DNA of 63,584 bases, filler included, from Vannella sp. (lineage: Eukaryota), in the NCBI GenBank assembly GCA_023345925.1. It is 5 parts of 5 records of this genome, joined end to end, with 100 filler letters (N's around TTAATTAATTAA, not from the genome) between each part and the next. Parts side by side here need not be neighbours in the genome. Positions count along the whole stretch, not along the records: positions 55,634 to 63,584 come from JAJQQN010001420.1; 4 more parts are not named here. One strand, written 5' to 3'. Below, piece after piece: positions 57,696 to 63,584 of this stretch. The number at the start of each line of letters is the position of its first letter. Position 1 is the stretch's first letter. Both the position numbers and the translations under genes were made by a program. Under the pieces are notes generated by a model. It searched no databases and had not been told where the DNA came from. It saw only the letters and a list, made by a program, of their open reading frames with translations.

Positions 57696-58421
57696 ATGCT
57701 CGTGGCGGTGATCGGCTCGAGGGCAAACAGTGGGGCTTGCTGTGTGGCTGCTTTGGCGAAGAAAGGATTCACTGTCAGGGCTGTAAGTCGCTCAGGGCAA
57801 CTGTCCTTGGAGCAAGAGGGGAACCCAGGCATCGTCCCCGTCGTTGGCGACGTGACCCGACGAGACACGCTGATTAGCGCCCTTTCTGGTGTTCAGGCGG
57901 TTGTCTTTGCTGCGTCAGCCACTGCAGGATGGAGGTTCCCTTCTTCTAGAACAGACACGCCTCCTCAAGTGGACTACGAAGGCTGCAAGAGCGTGGCAGA
58001 GGTTTGCGTGGAACTGAACATCCCTCAGTTCATCGTTATCTCAAGCGCTTGTACCACGCGGTCCATGTTCTCCTCAGTACCCTACTTCCTACTGAACTCT
58101 CTCTTCGGTCGCCTCATGTACTGGAAGCGCCAGGGAGAGCTTGCAACACAAAGCATCATCGAAAGCAACCCACTCTGCTCTTGGACCATCATCCGACCAG
58201 GGGGCCTCACCAATGAAGCTGCTCTACCACCTTCCAGTATCCAACTACTCACTGGCGACCTCCAATCCAACCGGATCCCCCGAGCCAACGTGGGAGAGAT
58301 CGTCGCCGCGTGCGTGGGGAACGAGGACGCCAAGAACGTCGCCTTTGAGTGTGTTTCCGGCGATTCAGGGGCATCCACCTATGAAGAGCTCTTGCAAGGT
58401 ATCGCTCAAGCCAAGGAATAA
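57696..58421 (+). CDS. NAD(P)H-binding atypical SDR (TIC62/NmrA-like)
   Basis: VAVIGS..SG, GDV, VVFAASA, VDYEG, WK..GE, TIIRPGGL, IPRANV. Confidence 0.85.
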   Translation: MLVAVIGSRANSGACCVAALAKKGFTVRAVSRSGQLSLEQEGNPGIVPVVGDVTRRDTLISALSGVQAVVFAASATAGWRFPSSRTDTPPQVDYEGCKSVAEVCVELNIPQFIVISSACTTRSMFSSVPYFLLNSLFGRLMYWKRQGELATQSIIESNPLCSWTIIRPGGLTNEAALPPSSIQLLTGDLQSNRIPRANVGEIVAACVGNEDAKNVAFECVSGDSGASTYEELLQGIAQAKE

Positions 58422-58452
58422 ACTCCTTCGAGCCCAAACAGTCATTTTCAGG

Positions 58453-58844
58453 ATGCTTCGTCGAGCCGCCTTTGCTCCTCGCTCTTTGGTGGCGACGTAC
58501 TCACGACAGGCGGGTGCGCAGGCTGCACACGCAGAGCATAATAAGGAGGAAGGCCCTTTCAAGTTCTCCCGCAAGGTAGGGCGCCGCTTGTGGGTGGAGT
58601 TGGGACTGATTGATGGGGCGCTCTGTTGTAGTCTTGGAAGCGAGGGTCTTATGAAGAAGAGGGTTGGGAGATCCCTGTAGCTACCTTTCTTATCCCTTTC
58701 TTTGCATTCACGCTGTACACCAAGCTGACGCACGATGAGAAAGAAGCCACCAACATCCACTCGTGGGCTCAGCAGGAGATCGAAGCCCGCCGCGCTATTA
58801 CCGGCCCCGAAAACATCGTCACACTCGAGCTGGACGAAGAGTAA
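58453..58844 (+). CDS. Complex I subunit NDUFB11/ESSS-like
   Basis: Presequence MLRRAAF; after one intron EEEGWEIP-TM-...NIHSWAQQEIEAR. Confidence 0.6.
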
Positions 58845-59007
58845 CCACTCCTCAGGCCTACCTAGCTCCTCTTCACACTACATGACACGAAGAAGGTCCC
58901 TTTGAATCGTCGTTGTGGGAACAGAGTCTCGTTGGACCCTCAAGCAGACATGAAGTGGGTCATACTTCACGCATTTGAGTGCTAGGCATTGTTTTCGGAC
59001 CTTGAGG

Positions 59008-60184
59008 ATGCTCCTGTCGTCCCCAGTATGGCGGGTGAGGCTGTTTCGAAAGGGAGGTAGAAGCGTGTCCGAAATGGCTGCTAAGACAGCTTCCTTGATG
59101 AAGCAACGTGAGGAAGAGAGTGCAGGATTGGACACAATCCCTCGAGACAAACCTTTCTTCATCCGCTTAGACGGCAGCTGCTTTGGAACCTTCGTCAAGC
59201 GAAAGCCGGGCTTCGAACTACCTTGGGATGTCCGTGGTGAGTCTCTCTTGCATTAGAGCAGCAAGTGGATCCTGATCACTCCCGATCGACAGTGCACAAC
59301 GCGATGGTCCGGACTGCTCGGGACCTTATGACCCAATTCATGCCTGCAGCGGTGTACACATGTAGCGATGAGATCACAGCTATCTTTCTCCCTCCAGCAG
59401 AGCAGTCTGTATACCCATACGGCGGCCGGGTCCAGAAGTTCGTCTCCGTTTCCGCGGGTTTCGTCTCCGTTCGGTTCAACTATCACTTGGGGAAGCAGAA
59501 CTACGAAGCAGACCCAGCTCTTGGTCACAAGATCGCTGAGATGAACGCCTTCTTCGACTCACGAATAGGAGTGGTGGACTCCCCTCAGGAACTCTTCGTG
59601 AGTTGGTCTATCATGGGCCCTGAGAGACTCCTCATTGACCCGTTCCCTGCTTAGGAGAACGTGAGATGGCGTCAGATGGATTGCACACGCAACAGTAAGA
59701 CAATGATGGGCTATGTTCACTTGTCTGGCAAGAAACTGCACAATGTCGCTGCCAACGAGGTAAGATACCTCCCCTTCTCAGCCCCTGCTCCCTCAGTGTC
59801 CTTTCCTTCAAGTCTGTTGCACTCTGGATAGTCGAATAACTGACTTGGCGCCTCTAGATAGTCAAGAGGGTGGAGGAAAAGAGCGGAGTTCGTTGGCATG
59901 AGCAACCAGAGTGGTACAGAGGAGGTGTGCTTCTGAAGAAGAACAAATACTTGAAAGAGGCACTCAATGAGTTCACTGGAGAGCGAGTGCTGGCCACCCG
60001 AGGCAGGATTGTGACTGCCAACTCCCTTCTTCATTCGCAAACCCCCGACAACATCGATGCGTTGACCTCTGAACACGTAGAGGACCATCTATTGACGCCC
60101 TTGTCGATAGTGGTGGAGGAGGACTATGACTTTGGCGCTTTGGTCAATCCTGTGCCAGGCAAGTCTCACTATCTCCACTCATAA
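59008..60184 (+). CDS. tRNA(His) guanylyltransferase family, Thg1-like protein (TLP)
   Basis: IRLDGSCF, YTCSDEIT, GGRVQKFVS, FFDSR, WRQMDCTRN, W...PEWYRGG; possible N-terminal presequence. Confidence 0.88.
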
Positions 60185-60226
60185 AGGTACCTTCTGGTCA
60201 CGCGACCGTCCACTTTGGTCTCTATT

Positions 60227-61007
60227 CTACATCAACTGAGCGATGAGCTTGTTGAGCTCTGCATCCTCCGTGTCGGGGAGGAGTTCGGTGCTTTTTACCT
60301 GCCCCGCAGGCAACTGGGCTTTGGGGACGCTCTTCATCTGTCCCTGGAGGTCAAGACCGATCTCAGCAAAGACTGATTCCATCAGCTCCTCTGCCTCTTC
60401 GTCGTCTTCTTCCCCTTCGAACAAGTCATCGAGCATCCTTCGATCATTCGTTAGTGTGCACACAAAGGGGGAGCTGAATGCTTACTCGTCTGTCATCTCC
60501 ATCATATCTGACTGTCTCTGGAACTGTATCATGGTGTCCTGCATCTTCTTCATGTCCATTTGAGAGTTGGCAGCAGTCATCGCTCTCGTTGCTCCTGCCA
60601 GAGCCTTCCCCATGGAAGCAGTAGCAGTAGCACTCTAGAGAGAGAGAAGATATGAGCACTCTCGTCTTTGCCAGAAGCTGACTCACAGTGGCTCGGTGAG
60701 AGACACACTGAAGGGTCGTCTTGGTCTGCCGTAACTTGTCCTGCTGCTGCCGAATACGAACCAGCTCCTTTGCCATTCTTCTTGCCTCAGCATCCCGTCC
60801 TTGCTAGCCAGGAATCAGTGAAAGGCCAGGGACAGCGAAGGTGCGCACCCTGGCCAAGTTCTTGATGTCTGTTTGCACCTTCTGCTCCTCGCGTTGAAGG
60901 TTCAACACCTCCCGGTCCATCTCGCGACCATTCTTACGCATCTCCCGCTTCTGTATCTTCACTAAAGTCTTCGGGTCTGGAGGTGGCGGCTTCGGCTTCC
61001 CCCACAT
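60227..61007 (-). CDS. ESCRT-III Snf7-family protein, CHMP2/Vps2-like
   Basis: KREMRKNGREMDRE..LQREEQK, MAKELVRIR, MEMTDE, SVFAEIGLDL; spliced. Confidence 0.88.
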
Positions 61008-61178
61008 TGCCCAAATCAAATGAACTGGTCAACTAAACAAGCCATCATATGAAACGGTTGTGTAAATCATTCTTTCTTCGCCAGTGGGCGACCAAAGTGA
61101 GGATGCCGCGCTCCTTTGGCCTTGAACCAGTTCAGTGGGGATTGGGGACTCCATCTATCAGGGAGGAAGCAAAGGGGA

Positions 61179-62803
61179 TCATCCTAGGAATGCGGTGGCG
61201 TCTGCGTGGTCTTCGGGAAGGAAAGAGGAGGCTGCATGCCAGATGCTTCCGCTGCGGACGAGTTCGGTGGCTTTCTCAATGTCAGGAGCCATGTAACGAT
61301 CCTTCTGGTACATCTCCACGTGCTCTCGGACTAGTTTGTGGACAGACTCCAAGGGAGTAGTCGTCTTCAGCTCGAGAAAGTCCAAAGCTTGACAAGCACA
61401 GAGCAACTCGATCGCCAGGACGTTCTCCACATTGCTAATGACCTCCAAACACTTCCGTGCTGCCCATCCCCCCATGGAGACGTGATCTTCCTTTGCTGAA
61501 GAGGTGGAGATGGTGTCACAGGAAGCCGGGAAGCACAATGTCTTGCTCTCTGAGGTCAAAGCAGCAGCAGTACAGTGGGCAATCATGAATCCTGAGTTCA
61601 GTCCACCATTGGGGACAAGGAAAGCGGGGAGTCCACTGAGATCTGGGTTCATCAGACGCTCAATCCGCCTCTCTGAGATGTTAGCGAGCTCCTGGATAGC
61701 AATAGTGAGGTAGTCACAGGCCTTGGCAGGGTACTCCCCGTGGAAGTTTCCTGCTGAGATGATCTTATTGAGCTCAGAGAAGACCATGGGGTTGTCCGTG
61801 GCGCTGTTCAACTCGGTGTTGATGATTCTCTCCACAAAGTCGATAGTGTCCTCGACAATCCCGTGGACTTGAGGGATACAACGAAGAGTGTAACTGTCCT
61901 GGACACGATTGCACGTTTCATGGCTCAGGTAGATCTCAGAAGGGTTCTGAACGGTGTGCAAGAGCGCTCGAAGTCGTGCAGCGACCTTCATCTGGCCATT
62001 GTGGGGTCGAGCAAGGTGCACTTCCTCCATGAAAGCACGGGGACTACCTCGAAGAGCTTCCAAGCTGAGAGCAGAGATGACGTCAGCTGTGCGAAGAAGC
62101 TTTGTTGCTCTGAAAACTCCCTCCGAGGCGAGAGAGCCGATCAGTTGGGTACCGTTGATCATAGCCAAGCCCTCCTTGAATGAAAGGGAGATACGTTCAA
62201 GACCGTGCCTGGCCAAGACTTCAGCGGCTGGGGCGAATCCTCCCTGTTGAGCGTCCCACATCTCTCCCTCTCCCATGAGGCCAAGAGCCAAGTGTGAGAG
62301 CGGTGCAAGGTCTCCAGAAGCTCCCACAGTTCCCTTGGCAGGCACACGAGACAGGCAATCGTTGTTGAAAGCATCAATCAGCTGTTGAAGAGTTCTCTCT
62401 CGGATTCCACTGAACCCCTTTGCGAGAATGTTGATTCGAAGAGCAAGAAGCATTCGAGTGCGCTCTAAGGAAAGGGGCTCGCCAACCCCAGCAGCATGTG
62501 AGCGGATGAGATTCTCTTGAAGGTGGCCGCATTCCTCCTCTGGGATCACCACAGTCGCGAACTTTCCAAAGCCAGTGTTGATGCCATACACTATCTCCTT
62601 GGATTCCACTATCCTATCAATGACCCCTCTTGCTGCCCTCACGCGCTCCCAAGCGTCTGGTGTGAGCCCAATCTCCCTTCCCTCATTGTCAGCACCTTGC
62701 TGGCTGAGCGTGGCCATGCTTACATCTTCTCCTTCCGGTAACCAAGCCGATAAAGGGTGGTGGTGCTAAGTGAGTTCCCGTCAAGAAGAAGGCGTGTCTC
62801 CAT
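61179..62803 (-). CDS. HAL: Histidine ammonia-lyase
   Basis: LDGNSL exon, [34 protein letters not shown] (MIO Ala-Ser-Gly), [26 protein letters not shown]. Confidence 0.96.
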
Positions 62804-63046
62804 TTCGTGGAAGAACGTAAAATGAGGTTCACGTTGGTACTTTCTTTACGGGTTTACGTCATTTTTCGTTATTATGAGTCACTCTTCTTTTGAAAATCCG
62901 CGAGCGGGGTTCCAAAACTCGTGTGTGTGCGCAGAGTGTCCTGATGACCCCCATCTCTTCAGGATAAGTTTTTGAGCTGATTTCATTTTTTGAGTTTTGG
63001 GTTCATCCATTCAAGCTTCAAAGGACCCAAATGCCCTCGCCCCTCG

Positions 63047-63584
63047 TGACTTTTCTCTTTATTCCCGTCATCCTGAGGAAACCAAGCTGAAGGAGAAAAT
63101 CCTTGGAAGTGTTGGAGAACGGCGAGGCACATCCGTCAACGAAGAATGCGGGGACGTATCTCGCCGTTTCCTTTCAGACAGCGAATTGAGCTGGAACAGG
63201 AGAGCACGAAAATGAGCTTGTGTTAGATGTCACCATAGTTAAGAGTCAACCCCAGCACGAGCCTTTGTCTTCTCGCTTGTGTTCCAATCTCCCATTTAGT
63301 TGATCCTCCCATTCTCGATCCTCCCGCTGTACGAACTCCAGCTCGCTTTGTATCCCTCTAACTCTCCTGTAGCACCGAAAAGAGGGCATTCACCTTCAAG
63401 CAAAAGATCAAAAACTCCCTCAGTGCCTGATTCTGCCTGATTCTGTCAGTGTTCTTCGAATTAAAACATATCCATGTGCATCCATCGGTTGCAGACCCGG
63501 ATTGCCATTTATCATGCCAGGGTCAGTTTGGTCTCTTATCGAAAATGAGATTATCTGAAGCCTGATGGCCCTCTCAGTGTCAAC
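63047..63584 (-). CDS. Possible 3' exons of a gene extending beyond the window
   Basis: Minus-strand frames with GT-AG-like junctions ending HFRALLFQLNSLSERKRR...SLVSSG*; no recognisable domain. Confidence 0.25.

Overview
Compact, intron-containing eukaryotic nuclear DNA (about 52% GC by eye, GT-AG introns of about 40-60 nt, short intergenic gaps). It is most likely an amoebozoan-type protist, inferred from a STAT/SHK-like SH2 protein, GH25 lysozyme, C2-type PLD, Thg1-like protein and multiple G-alpha genes. The window is five contigs (1-17614, 17715-32848, 32949-39068, 39169-55533, 55634-63584) joined by artificial N-TTAATTAATTAA-N linkers, so synteny across linkers means nothing. About 40 protein genes are recognisable, mostly housekeeping or signalling (UBE3A-like HECT ligase, rabenosyn-5-like, IRE1, NAR1, RPS17, NOG1, PLD, DBT, HAL, CHMP2 and others). 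The standout signal is at 55634-57488 on the minus strand, invisible to the ORF track. An ankyrin-repeat gene has its inter-repeat loops encoded by tandem arrays of single-codon (3-nt) exons: 9 in loop 1 and at least 6 in loop 2. Each is flanked by AG and GT/GC splice sites, and loop 1 is built from ~85-105 bp duplicated units with a variable codon. This is a candidate splicing-based receptor-diversification system. Secondary oddities: an apparently intronless bacterial-type AbiEii nucleotidyltransferase with NLS-like extensions next to a 2H phosphoesterase, a TPR + degenerate sirtuin fusion, a degenerate macro-domain + kinase fusion, and a RhoGAP + fascin-like fusion. Exon boundaries were read by eye and are approximate unless stated; no database searches were run.
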